DNA from: an uncultured Actinomycetota bacterium
GTDB taxonomy: Bacteria; Actinomycetota; Actinomycetes; Propionibacteriales; Nocardioidaceae
NCBI GenBank assembly: GCA_963790175.1
Contig: CAWBNM010000003.1
Span: 725,065-789,064, forward strand
DNA: 64,000 nt
Reading direction: 5' to 3'
Each line of letters begins with the position of its first letter. The first letter of the stretch is position 1. A program made the translations under genes and the position numbers. Below, one piece after another: positions 39,808 through 48,517 of this stretch. The notes beneath the pieces are model-generated. The model was given only the letters and a program-made list of their open reading frames with translations, was not told the DNA's origin and searched no databases.

Positions 39808-39858
39808 GCCGATGCCTCCGGGATCCTGCACGACCCGGGTTCCGCGCTGCTGTTCTAG
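39808..39858 (+). repeat. Direct repeat copy 2: orphan pdhC 3' end
   Basis: Reads ADASGILHDPGSALLF* versus ADVAGILEDPGSALLF* of pdhC. Confidence 0.85.
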
Positions 39859-39922
39859 ACCGGCACGGGGGTGCGGGACGACGGATCCGGTGGCGTCCGA
39901 GGGGAGGACGGCACGGCCTGGA

Positions 39923-39966
39923 CGGGACTGAGGTCCCGGGCCCTCGGGACCTCGGTCGGGACCTCG
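39923..39966. promoter_or_regulatory. Candidate operator cluster (GGGAC half-sites)
   Basis: CGGGAC-TGAG-GTCCCG palindrome 39923-39938 and TCGGGACCTCG twice (39944, 39956). Confidence 0.45.
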
Positions 39967-40080
39967 TCTCGCGCCCGAGAACCGGGGCTTGACGGCTTTC
40001 CTCGCAGGTCAGCAGGCCGCAGGCTTCAGGGGAAGGCGATCGACAGGCGGTCGCCACACCCCCCCCGAAGGAAGCCCCCC

Positions 40081-40671
40081 ATGCGCAACTCCTCCAAGGC
40101 GGCCCTCGCCGCTGTCGCCGGTGCCGGTCTCATGTTCGGCGGCCTCGGCTCGCTCGCCTACTGGGAGGACGCCGAGACCGCCGATGGCGCCACGGTGACC
40201 TCCGGGACCCTCGACCTCTCCGCCCCCGACTGCGGCTCGTGGAAGAACGGCGCGAACGACGTCGACCTGGCGAGCTTCCGCATCGTCCCGGGCGACACCA
40301 TCACCCGCACCTGCACCTTCACCGTCGACGCCGCCGGCCAGAACCTCAAGACCAAGCTGGCCGTCGTGAAGCCCGCGCTGGACTCCAACACCCTCGCCGG
40401 CGAGCTCAACTACGGCGCCACCTACGCCCGCAACGGCGGCAGCACCGCGAACCTGGCCACGTACGACAACGCCGCCCCGGCCGTCACCAACCTGGCCGAC
40501 AACGACACCCTGCGCGTCGTCTACACCGTGGCCCTGCCCTTCGGCACCGCGGTCGACAACGACAGCAACTCCGGCGCCGAGTTCCGCGGCACCAAGACCG
40601 GTGTCGTCGCCGGCGAGCTGACCGCCGCCCTCTCCGCCCTGACCCTGACCGCCACCCAGGTCAACGGCTGA
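40081..40671 (+). CDS. TasA/camelysin-like subunit A1 with SipW-type signal peptide
   Basis: MRNSSKAALAAVAGAGLMFGGLGSLA/YWED..VTSGTLDLSA, IVPGD, ends LTLTATQVNG. Confidence 0.82.
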   Translation: MRNSSKAALAAVAGAGLMFGGLGSLAYWEDAETADGATVTSGTLDLSAPDCGSWKNGANDVDLASFRIVPGDTITRTCTFTVDAAGQNLKTKLAVVKPALDSNTLAGELNYGATYARNGGSTANLATYDNAAPAVTNLADNDTLRVVYTVALPFGTAVDNDSNSGAEFRGTKTGVVAGELTAALSALTLTATQVNG

Positions 40672-40676
40672 TCGCG

Positions 40677-41300
40677 ATGACCCTCCTGACCACCTCGGAC
40701 CACCGTCGTCGGCCGACCGTCCCCGCGCGGTCGGCCGGCACGGTGGGGCACGTCCTCAGCTGGGTGGTGGCGATCGCCGCCACCGCGCTGGTGCTGCTGG
40801 CCGTGGTGGTCCCCCGGGTGTCCGGGGCGACGCCGTACACCGTGCTCACCGGCTCGATGGCGCCGACCTACCCTCCCGGGACGCTCGTCGTGGTCAAGCC
40901 GAGCGAGGACGTCGCCGTCGGCGACGCGGTGACCTACCAGCTGCGCAGCGGCGACGCCACCGTGGTCACCCACCGCGTGATCGGCGTCGGCTACAACGGC
41001 GACGGCGAGAAGCGGTACACGCTGCAGGGCGACGCCAACGAGGCGCCCGACAGCGAGCTCGTCCGCCCCGAGCAGCTCCGCGGCGAGGTCTGGTACTCCC
41101 TGCCCTGGGTCGGCCACCTCGGCGTGCTGTTCACGCCGGGCCAGCACCAGCTGATGGTCCACCTGGCCGCCGGCGCCCTGTTCCTCTACGCCGTCGGCAT
41201 GCTCTGGCAGGCCCGGCGCGCCAAGCGCGGCGTCGTGGCCACCCCCACCACGAGCCCGACGCCCACCCCCCACCCCGCCGAGGAGCTCTCCGGTGTCTGA
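40677..41300 (+). CDS. sipW: Signal peptidase I, ER/SipW type
   Basis: TVLTGSMAPT (Ser), VVTHRV (His), QGDAN..PD, LPWVG, two TM segments. Confidence 0.9.
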   Translation: MTLLTTSDHRRRPTVPARSAGTVGHVLSWVVAIAATALVLLAVVVPRVSGATPYTVLTGSMAPTYPPGTLVVVKPSEDVAVGDAVTYQLRSGDATVVTHRVIGVGYNGDGEKRYTLQGDANEAPDSELVRPEQLRGEVWYSLPWVGHLGVLFTPGQHQLMVHLAAGALFLYAVGMLWQARRAKRGVVATPTTSPTPTPHPAEELSGV

Positions 41301-41898
41301 CCACGCCGCCCCCCGCCGCCGGCTCGGCCGGCTCCCCCTGGCCCTGCTGTGCCTCACCGCGGCCCTCGCCTCGGTGACCAGCGTCGGCACCTACGCGCTG
41401 TGGAACGACGCCTCCACCGTGGCGGGCGCGACCGTCACCTCCGGCAAGCTCGACCTCAAGGCCAACGTCGGGGCCGGCGACGTCGACAACGTCGCCTCCT
41501 GGACCGGGCTGCAGCTGGCCGACATCGCGCCGGGGGAGTCAAAGGCGGCTGTCCTGACGGTGCGCAACGCCGGCTCCGTCCCCTTCGGCGTCACCGCCAC
41601 CGGCACCGCCACCGGCGCGGAGCTGGCCCCGGTGATGACGGTGCGTGCCTTCGTGGCCGGTGCCGCCACCACCGACACGAGCTACCCGCGCACGGAGTCG
41701 TGCTCCGGCACGGCGGCCGCCCCTGCCACGACCATCCCGAGCGGGCAGACCATCGTCCCGGGGAGCGCGAACGTCACGGTGCAGCCCGGTGCGACGACCA
41801 CGCTGTGCCTGGTCGCCACCCTGCCCACCGACGCGGTGAACGCGGTGCAGAGCAAGTCGTGGACGCCCACCTTCACCCTCACCGCGACCCAGTCGTGA
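41293..41898 (+). CDS. TasA-like subunit B1
   Basis: GTYA/LWND..VTSGKLDL, IAPGES..LTVRNAGS, VQSKSWTPTFTLTATQS. Confidence 0.82.
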   Translation: MSDHAAPRRRLGRLPLALLCLTAALASVTSVGTYALWNDASTVAGATVTSGKLDLKANVGAGDVDNVASWTGLQLADIAPGESKAAVLTVRNAGSVPFGVTATGTATGAELAPVMTVRAFVAGAATTDTSYPRTESCSGTAAAPATTIPSGQTIVPGSANVTVQPGATTTLCLVATLPTDAVNAVQSKSWTPTFTLTATQS

Positions 41899-42365
41899 GG
41901 CGGGTCCGCGCCGCGGTCGCCGCGGCGGCCCTCGCCGGCGTGGCGGTGCTCGCCCCCACGACAGGGACGCTCGCCGTCTTCACCGACGAAGGGGACGTCG
42001 GGGGCAGCGCTAGCACGGCTTTCACGATCGCCGCGCCCGCCCTGTCCTGCAGCGTCGTGGGGACCACGGCGACGGTCACGTGGACCGCGCAACGGCAGCC
42101 AGCCGGCAGCACCGCCTACCTCACGCAAGCAGCGGCCACCAACATCGCACCACAACCGACCGTTACCGGCGCCCTAGCCACCCGCACCGTCACGCTCTCC
42201 GGCGCCGGGAACGCCTACGGCTCCGGTCTGGGCCGCCCCGACCAGCGCGTGGTCACGCTCACCGTCACCTCGTCCCTCGCCGGGACCTCGTGGGCGACCT
42301 CCGCCACCCAGCAGGTGACGGTGCGGCGTAGCCAGAACGGCACCTACAGCATCAGCTGCGGCTAA
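41895..42365 (+). CDS. SipW-signal secreted Thr-rich protein C1 (putative minor/tip subunit)
   Basis: GTGA-coupled; GTLA/VFTD signal, LSC..VTWTAQ..ISCG*. Confidence 0.75.
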   Translation: MRRVRAAVAAAALAGVAVLAPTTGTLAVFTDEGDVGGSASTAFTIAAPALSCSVVGTTATVTWTAQRQPAGSTAYLTQAAATNIAPQPTVTGALATRTVTLSGAGNAYGSGLGRPDQRVVTLTVTSSLAGTSWATSATQQVTVRRSQNGTYSISCG

Positions 42366-42526
42366 CGCGGGGACCTGCGGTCCAGACCACCGCCTAGTCA
42401 TTTCGAGCCATCTCCGTCACCGGACCAAGCCCTTGCGCCGTCGGCCTCGTTCCACCTGTAGCGGCCCCTGCCGCTGCGGACGGCTCCCCCCAGCCGTCCG
42501 TTCCCCCACGGAACGGACACCCCCCG

Positions 42527-43135
42527 ATGAAGAACTCCGTCAAGGCCGCTCTCGCGGCCGTCGCCGGCGGCACCCTGGTGATCGGCGGCTTCGGCTCGCT
42601 GGCCTACTGGGAGGACGCCGAGACCGAGGACGGCTCGACGATCACCTCGGGCGAGCTCGACCTCTCCGCACCCGACTGCCCGGACGGCTGGGTCAACGAC
42701 GGCGCCACCGTCGCCCTCGGCAGCTTCCGGATGGTCCCGGGCGACGTGCTGACCAAGACCTGCGAGGTCACCGTCAGCGCGGTCGGCGACAACCTGACCA
42801 CGAAGCTCGCCTTCGTCAAGCCCTCGCTCGACACCAACACGCTGGCCGGCGAGCTCGACTACGGCGCGACGTACGCCCGCAACGGCGGCACCCCGGCGAA
42901 CCTCGCCGCGTACGACAACGCGGCGCCGACGATCACGAACCTGGCCGACGGCGACACGATCAGCGTCAGCTTCCGCGTCGAGCTGCCCTTCAACGGCAAC
43001 GAGGCGGTCGGCAACGTCGACAACGACAGCAACTCCGGGGCCGAGTTCACCTCCGGGGCGACCGGCCTGGTCGGCGGCGAGCTCACCGCGGTGCTGTCGG
43101 ATTTGACCCTGACCGCGACCCAGACGGCCTCCTGA
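42527..43135 (+). CDS. TasA/camelysin-like subunit A2
   Basis: Paralogue of 40081: GSLAYWEDAET..ITSGELDLSAPDC, MVPGD, LTLTATQTAS. Confidence 0.82.
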   Translation: MKNSVKAALAAVAGGTLVIGGFGSLAYWEDAETEDGSTITSGELDLSAPDCPDGWVNDGATVALGSFRMVPGDVLTKTCEVTVSAVGDNLTTKLAFVKPSLDTNTLAGELDYGATYARNGGTPANLAAYDNAAPTITNLADGDTISVSFRVELPFNGNEAVGNVDNDSNSGAEFTSGATGLVGGELTAVLSDLTLTATQTAS

Positions 43136-43145
43136 GTCCCGGTCG

Positions 43146-43742
43146 ATGTCCCACCTGCTGACGAGGCCCGCGGAAGCACCCCCGGCGGCGCGGCGGCCCC
43201 GCGCCGTCCGGGGGTGGTCCCGCACCGCCGTGCGCGTGCTGAGCGCGCTCGTCACGCTGGTGGTGCTGGCCGTCGTCGTGCTCGCGGTGGTGGTGCCCCG
43301 GCTCGCCGGCGCCACGCCCTTCACGGTGCTGACCGGCTCGATGACCCCGGCCTACCCGCCGGGGGCCCTGGTCGTCGTGCGGCCGACCGACGACGTCGTC
43401 GTCGGTGACGTCGTCACCTACCAGCGCGACAGCGGCGAGTCGACCGTGATCACCCACCGGGTCGTCGGGCTCGCCTACGACGGCGACGGCGACCGGCGCT
43501 ACGTCACCCAGGGTGACGCGAACGAGGAGCCGGACGCCGACCTCGTCCGCCCGGTGCAGATCCGCGGCGAGGTCTGGTACTCGCTGCCCTGGGTCGGCCA
43601 CCTCGGCCTGCTCCTGACCCCCGGCCAGCACCAGCTGCTGGTCTACGTCGCGGCGGCCGCCCTGTTCGGCTACGCCGCCCTGACGGCCCTCCGCGCCCGC
43701 CGCGAGCGCCGCCGAACCCCCGAAGGAGGGACCCACCCGTGA
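43146..43742 (+). CDS. sipW: Second SipW-type signal peptidase I
   Basis: TVLTGSMTP, VITHRV, QGDANEEPD, YSLPWVG. Confidence 0.9.
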   Translation: MSHLLTRPAEAPPAARRPRAVRGWSRTAVRVLSALVTLVVLAVVVLAVVVPRLAGATPFTVLTGSMTPAYPPGALVVVRPTDDVVVGDVVTYQRDSGESTVITHRVVGLAYDGDGDRRYVTQGDANEEPDADLVRPVQIRGEVWYSLPWVGHLGLLLTPGQHQLLVYVAAAALFGYAALTALRARRERRRTPEGGTHP

Positions 43743-44353
43743 ACCGGACCCCACGACCGGCAGAGCGCGTCCCCGCCCCCCGCCGCCACGGCCTCCCGCT
43801 CAGCCTGCTCGCCCTCGTCGCCGTGCTGCTGTCGGTGACGAGCCTCGGCACCTACGCGCTGTGGAACGACAGCAGCACGGTGCAGGGCGCCACGATCACG
43901 TCGGGCACGCTGGACCTCAAGGTCAACGTCGGCGCCGGCGACGTCGACGACGTCGCGACCTGGAACGGCCTCCAGATCGGCGACATCGCGCCCGGCGAGT
44001 CACAGGCGGCGACGTTGACGGTCCGCAACACCGGCACCACCCCCGCGACGCTGACCGCGACCGGGTCCGCCCCGGGCGCCGACCTGGCGCCGGTGATGAC
44101 GGCGCGGATCTACCCGTCCGGCGCGGCGACGACGGACACCACGTACCCGCGCACCGAGACCTGCAGCGGCACCGCCGCTGCGGCCGCCAGCACCCTCCAA
44201 GGCAGCCCCGCGCTGCTGGGAGCGGGGGTCGCCCTGGCGCCGCAGGCCACGGTGACGCTCTGCTTCCTCGTCGCCCTGCCGTCCGGGGCGGGCAACGGCC
44301 TGCAGAACAAGCCGTGGACGCCGACCTTCACGCTCCTGGCGACGCAGTCGTGA
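43739..44353 (+). CDS. TasA-like subunit B2
   Basis: GTYALWND..ITSGTLDL, IAPGES..LTVRNTG, LQNKPWTPTFTLLATQS. Confidence 0.82.
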   Translation: MNRTPRPAERVPAPRRHGLPLSLLALVAVLLSVTSLGTYALWNDSSTVQGATITSGTLDLKVNVGAGDVDDVATWNGLQIGDIAPGESQAATLTVRNTGTTPATLTATGSAPGADLAPVMTARIYPSGAATTDTTYPRTETCSGTAAAAASTLQGSPALLGAGVALAPQATVTLCFLVALPSGAGNGLQNKPWTPTFTLLATQS

Positions 44354-44835
44354 ACCGCCCGGTGCTGGCGTCGGCCGCTCTGGCCGTCGCCCTGGTGGCC
44401 CCGACGGCCGGCACCGGGGCGACCTTCACCGACCCGGCGGACGTCACCGCGACCGGGATCCAGTCGTTCCGGGTCCAGCCGCCGGTGCTGAGCTGCACCC
44501 CGCGGTCGCCGACCACCAGCACCACCCAGGCCACCATCACCTGGACCGCCCAGACCCAGCCCGGCACCGGCACGGGTCTGCTCACGCAGACCGTCACGTC
44601 CGACACCGCCAACCTGGTCCTGGCCCCGACCTCCGTCGGGGCGAGTTGGTCCCTCAGCGTGACCGCGCTGGCCGGTGCGTCCAACCCGACGCTGGCCACG
44701 GGGTCGACGCGGACGATCACGATCACGGTGACCTCGACCCTGCCGCAGACGAACCCGGCGTGGAGCGCTTCGAGCACCCAGCAGCTGCGGGTCACCCGGC
44801 CGAGCAACAACAATCGGCAGATCACCTGCCTATGA
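44350..44835 (+). CDS. SipW-signal secreted Thr-rich protein C2
   Basis: GTGA-coupled; GTGA/TFTD signal, LSC..ITWTAQ..ITCL*. Confidence 0.75.
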   Translation: MNRPVLASAALAVALVAPTAGTGATFTDPADVTATGIQSFRVQPPVLSCTPRSPTTSTTQATITWTAQTQPGTGTGLLTQTVTSDTANLVLAPTSVGASWSLSVTALAGASNPTLATGSTRTITITVTSTLPQTNPAWSASSTQQLRVTRPSNNNRQITCL

Positions 44836-44848
44836 CCCCGGAGCCGTC

Positions 44849-45241
44849 CTAGGCGCGGCCCTCGCGGTGGGCCAGCAGGGTGGGCACCCCACCGAGGCCG
44901 AGCCGGTACCGGACCCGGTCGGCGTGCCGGTCGAGCGCCTCGTAGAGGGCGGCGTGCGCCGACCACGGCAGCGGCTCGTCGCCGGTGCGCCAGGTGTCAC
45001 CGAAGGAGATCCACACCGGCGTCCAGTCGGCGGCGACGTCCCAGGCCCCGCGGCGGGCCACCACCAGCCGGCGCCGCAGCTGGAACGCCGCCCGCGGGCC
45101 GTCCTCGACGATGGGAGCGGTCGCCACCGGCCACACCCACAGGTCGAGAGCCATCAGCTCCAGCTCGAGGTCGCGCAGCACGAGCGGGTCGACCAGCACG
45201 GTCGCCACGTTCTCGTGGGGCATCCGCCTCCCGCTGCTCAT
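44849..45241 (-). CDS. Hypothetical protein
   Basis: TAGGTT 7 nt before ATG 45241; Trp-rich globular-looking ORF with host codon use. Confidence 0.7.
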   Translation of the reverse strand: MSSGRRMPHENVATVLVDPLVLRDLELELMALDLWVWPVATAPIVEDGPRAAFQLRRRLVVARRGAWDVAADWTPVWISFGDTWRTGDEPLPWSAHAALYEALDRHADRVRYRLGLGGVPTLLAHREGRA

Positions 45242-45296
45242 GCCGCGCAACCTACCCACGCCCGCCGACCCCGCGGAAGGCCTCGCCGCCCCCTCC

Positions 45297-45370
45297 GCTG
45301 TAACGCCCGTTGACCCGAACTACCGACGCGTCGCGACGCCGCGCCAGATGGTGTAACTCGGCGTTACAGC
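45297..45370. repeat. Intergenic inverted repeat (REP/MITE-like)
   Basis: GCTGTAACGCC (45297) ... GGCGTTACAGC (45360), perfect 11 bp arms. Confidence 0.55.
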
Positions 45371-45380
45371 TGGGGCGGGC

Positions 45381-46925
45381 TCAGGCGGCGCGGCGGACGG
45401 TGTCGGTCGGCGGGGTGGTACGGCCCAGCAGCCAGGCCTCGAGGAACGCCGTCAGCTCCTCGCCGGTCTGCTCCTCGAGCCACGCCCAGTAGTCCTCGCG
45501 GTCGGTGGCGACGTCGTCGCGCTCGGCCGGCCAGGCCCGCACCATCGCCCAGAACACCTCGTCGCCGAGGTCGGCGCGCAGCTCGTGCCACATCAGCGCC
45601 GGCAGGTAGTAGATGTTGCCGTCGCCGAAGCGCTGCGGGTCGAAGTCGGCAGGGGGGCCGGACGTCCGCCGGCTCGCGCGGTCGCCCGCCGCGATGTCGC
45701 CCATCACCGCGTCGAGCGGCTCGCCGCCGTGCTCGGACTCCCACACCAGCTGGAGGTACATCACCATGCCCTCGTTCATCCAGACCTCGCTCCAGTCGGC
45801 GGGGCCGACCTGGTCGCCGTACCACTGGTGGGCGAGCTCGTGGACGACGACCGGCTCCGAGGTCGTGTAGTCGGTGTCGCCGAGGGTGATCATGGTCTGG
45901 GTCTCCATGCCGCTCTCGGAGTCGACGACCACGAACCCGAGCGTGCCGTAGGGGTAGGGCCCCAGCCGCTCCTCGAGCCAGGTCAGCGCCTCGGGCGCCA
46001 CGCGCAGGTCCTCGAGCCGCGCCTCGGCGAAGCCCGGCGGGGTCCAGTACGAGATCGGCGTGCCGCCGGGCGAGGTCTCCTCGGTCAGCTCGAGCTCACC
46101 GGTCGCCAGCGTCACGAGGTAGGACGCCGCGGGCTGGTCCAGCGACCACTCGGTGCGCGTGGTGCCGTCGACCTCCTCCCGCGAGAGCAGCTCGCCGTTG
46201 GCCACGCCCACCCACGGCGCGGGCACCTCGACCGCGATGTCGTAGAGCGCCTTGTCGGAGGGGTGGTCGTTGACGGCGTACCAGGTGTGGGCGCCGTACG
46301 GCTCCTGCATCGTCCAGGTCTCGCCGGACGCCGTGGTGTGCCACCCCAGCCCGGTGAAGTCCGCGCGGGCGCTGGGCGCGCGCACCGGGACCGGGGTGCC
46401 GGAGTAGGTCAGCGCCAGCTCGTGGCGGTCGTCCTCCTCGACGGCGGCCCGGACGACCAGCGCGTCGCCGTCGCGCTCGGTCGGCACCGGCTCGCCGTCG
46501 AGCAGCGCCTCCTCGACCCGCAGCGGCGAGCCCAGGTCGAGGCGGAACGTCGACGCCCCGGTCGTGGCGCGGAACGTCAGCACCTCCTCGCCGTCGAGGA
46601 CCTGCCGCTCGGGGTCCCAGGCCAGGTCCAGGTCGTAGTGGAGCGCGTCGACGCCGGGGTCGCCGACCGCGGGGTAGAGCGAGTCCTCCTGCGGGTCGCT
46701 GACCGCCGTGTCGAGGTCGGCGCCGAGGGCCGACGGCGACGAGGCGGCGGCCCGGTCGGCGGGCTCCTCAGCAGGAGCGGCGCCCGTGCACCCGGTCGCG
46801 AGACCGGCGAGCGCGGTCAGCAGGACGAGCGCACCACCGCGGACGGTGGGCCGCGGGGAGCGGTCGCGCACGGGGGGCCTCCGGGGCGGCACGGTCGGGG
46901 CCGGACTCTCCGGCCCGCCCATCAT
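45381..46925 (-). CDS. M1 family aminopeptidase, lipoprotein
   Basis: ATGC lipobox, DHPSDKA, GMETQT, HELAHQWYGD, WMNEG; start uncertain. Confidence 0.9.
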   Translation of the reverse strand: MMGGPESPAPTVPPRRPPVRDRSPRPTVRGGALVLLTALAGLATGCTGAAPAEEPADRAAASSPSALGADLDTAVSDPQEDSLYPAVGDPGVDALHYDLDLAWDPERQVLDGEEVLTFRATTGASTFRLDLGSPLRVEEALLDGEPVPTERDGDALVVRAAVEEDDRHELALTYSGTPVPVRAPSARADFTGLGWHTTASGETWTMQEPYGAHTWYAVNDHPSDKALYDIAVEVPAPWVGVANGELLSREEVDGTTRTEWSLDQPAASYLVTLATGELELTEETSPGGTPISYWTPPGFAEARLEDLRVAPEALTWLEERLGPYPYGTLGFVVVDSESGMETQTMITLGDTDYTTSEPVVVHELAHQWYGDQVGPADWSEVWMNEGMVMYLQLVWESEHGGEPLDAVMGDIAAGDRASRRTSGPPADFDPQRFGDGNIYYLPALMWHELRADLGDEVFWAMVRAWPAERDDVATDREDYWAWLEEQTGEELTAFLEAWLLGRTTPPTDTVRRAA

Positions 46926-46984
46926 GCCGGGTGCACCCCACCTCGGTGCCGGGCCCGGCCGGGGCAGGACCTAGTTTGGCGTCC

Positions 46985-48502
46985 GTGCCCAGCCTGCTGC
47001 TCCGCGACGTCCACCTGGTCCCGCTCGGGCCGGGTCCCGCGGCGCAGGCCCCGCTCGACGTCCTCGTCGAGGACGGGCGGGTCAGCGGCGTCGGTCCGGC
47101 GCTCGAGCGGCCGCCGGGCGTCGAGGAGGTCGCCGGCGACGGTCGCTGGCTGATGCCCGGCCTGTGGGACCAGCACACCCACCTCGGGCAGTGGACCGTC
47201 AACCGCGAGCGCCTCGACCTCTCGGAGGCCCGCTCGCCCGAGGACTGCCTGCGGCTGCTGGCCGACGTGCTCGAGGACGAGGCGGGCGCCGGGGGCTCCG
47301 CGGAGCCGCTCGTCGGTTTCGGCCACCGCCCCGGCGGCTGGTACCGGCGCGCGACGACGGTCGAGCTGGACGAGGTGGTCGGCGACCGGGTCGTCGTCCT
47401 CATCGCCGGGGACGCCCACCACGCGTGGGTGAGCACGGCGGGGATGCGCGCCCTGGACATCGAGTGGCGCGACGGGGTGGTCGCCGAGAACGAGTGGTTC
47501 CCGGCGTACGCGCGGCTGGGGGACCTGGTGGGCGCCGAGGGCACCTCGCCGGCGGCCTACCGGCGCTCCCTCGAGGCGGCGGCCGCGCTGGGCGTCGTCG
47601 GGGTCGTCGACTTCGAGTTCAGCGGCGGCGCCGCGGAGTGGGTCGAGCGGTGGGAGGCCGGCTGCGACCTGCTGCGGGTGCGGATGGCGACCTACGCCGA
47701 GGGCCTGGACGTGGTGCTCGACGCGGGCCTGCGCACCGGCACGCCCCTGGCCGGCGACCCCCGGCTGACGATGGGCCCGCTGAAGATCATCAGCGACGGG
47801 TCGCTGAACACCCGCACCGCGTGGTGCTGCGAGCCGTACGCGGACGCCGAGCGCGTGCTCCACGCCCACGGTGCGCCCAACCAGACCGGCGCCGAGCTGG
47901 TCGCGCTGATGACGCGCGCCCGGACCGGCGGCCTCGAGGTGGCCACGCACGCGATCGGCGACGCCGCGGTGACCGGCGCGCTCGACGCCTACGAGGTCAC
48001 CGGCGCGCACGGCTCGATCGAGCACGCCCAGCTGGTGCGCCGCGAGGACGTCCCCCGCATCGGCGCGCTCGGGCTGCGCGCGAGCGTCCAGCCGGCGCAC
48101 CTGCTCGACGACCGCGACCTCACCGAGATCATCTGGCCCGGGCGGGCCGAGCGGTGCTTCGCCTTCCGCTGGATGCTCGACGCCGGCGTCGACCTGCGGC
48201 TGGGCTCCGACGCCCCCGTCTCCCCGCTCGACCCGTGGCTGGCGGTGGGCGCGGCGATCCACCGCTCGGGCGACCTGCGCGAGCCCTGGCACCCCGAGCA
48301 GGCGCTGACCGCGGTCGAGGCGCTGCGCGCCAGCACCGACGGGCAGGGCACGGTCGCCGTCGGCTCCCGCGGCGACCTCGCCCTGCTCGATCGCGACCCG
48401 CTGGCCTTCGAGCCCGACTCGGCAGCCTCCGACGGCCACCTGCGCGCGATGACCGTCGCGCTGACCGTCGTCGACGGAGTCGTCACCCACCGCGTGCTCT
48501 GA
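46985..48502 (+). CDS. Amidohydrolase_3 (YtcJ-like)
   Basis: PGLWDQHTH, KIISDGSL, HAIGDAA, IEHAQ, SVQP, GSDAPV. Confidence 0.9.
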   Translation: MPSLLLRDVHLVPLGPGPAAQAPLDVLVEDGRVSGVGPALERPPGVEEVAGDGRWLMPGLWDQHTHLGQWTVNRERLDLSEARSPEDCLRLLADVLEDEAGAGGSAEPLVGFGHRPGGWYRRATTVELDEVVGDRVVVLIAGDAHHAWVSTAGMRALDIEWRDGVVAENEWFPAYARLGDLVGAEGTSPAAYRRSLEAAAALGVVGVVDFEFSGGAAEWVERWEAGCDLLRVRMATYAEGLDVVLDAGLRTGTPLAGDPRLTMGPLKIISDGSLNTRTAWCCEPYADAERVLHAHGAPNQTGAELVALMTRARTGGLEVATHAIGDAAVTGALDAYEVTGAHGSIEHAQLVRREDVPRIGALGLRASVQPAHLLDDRDLTEIIWPGRAERCFAFRWMLDAGVDLRLGSDAPVSPLDPWLAVGAAIHRSGDLREPWHPEQALTAVEALRASTDGQGTVAVGSRGDLALLDRDPLAFEPDSAASDGHLRAMTVALTVVDGVVTHRVL

Positions 48503-48517
48503 ACCACCGGGAGCGGG

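Noticed and set aside
39975-40080. Possible c-di-AMP or c-di-GMP riboswitch before fibre operon 1 (contains GAACCGGGG)
   Set aside because: Other conserved elements of these riboswitches were not found; an Rfam scan would be needed
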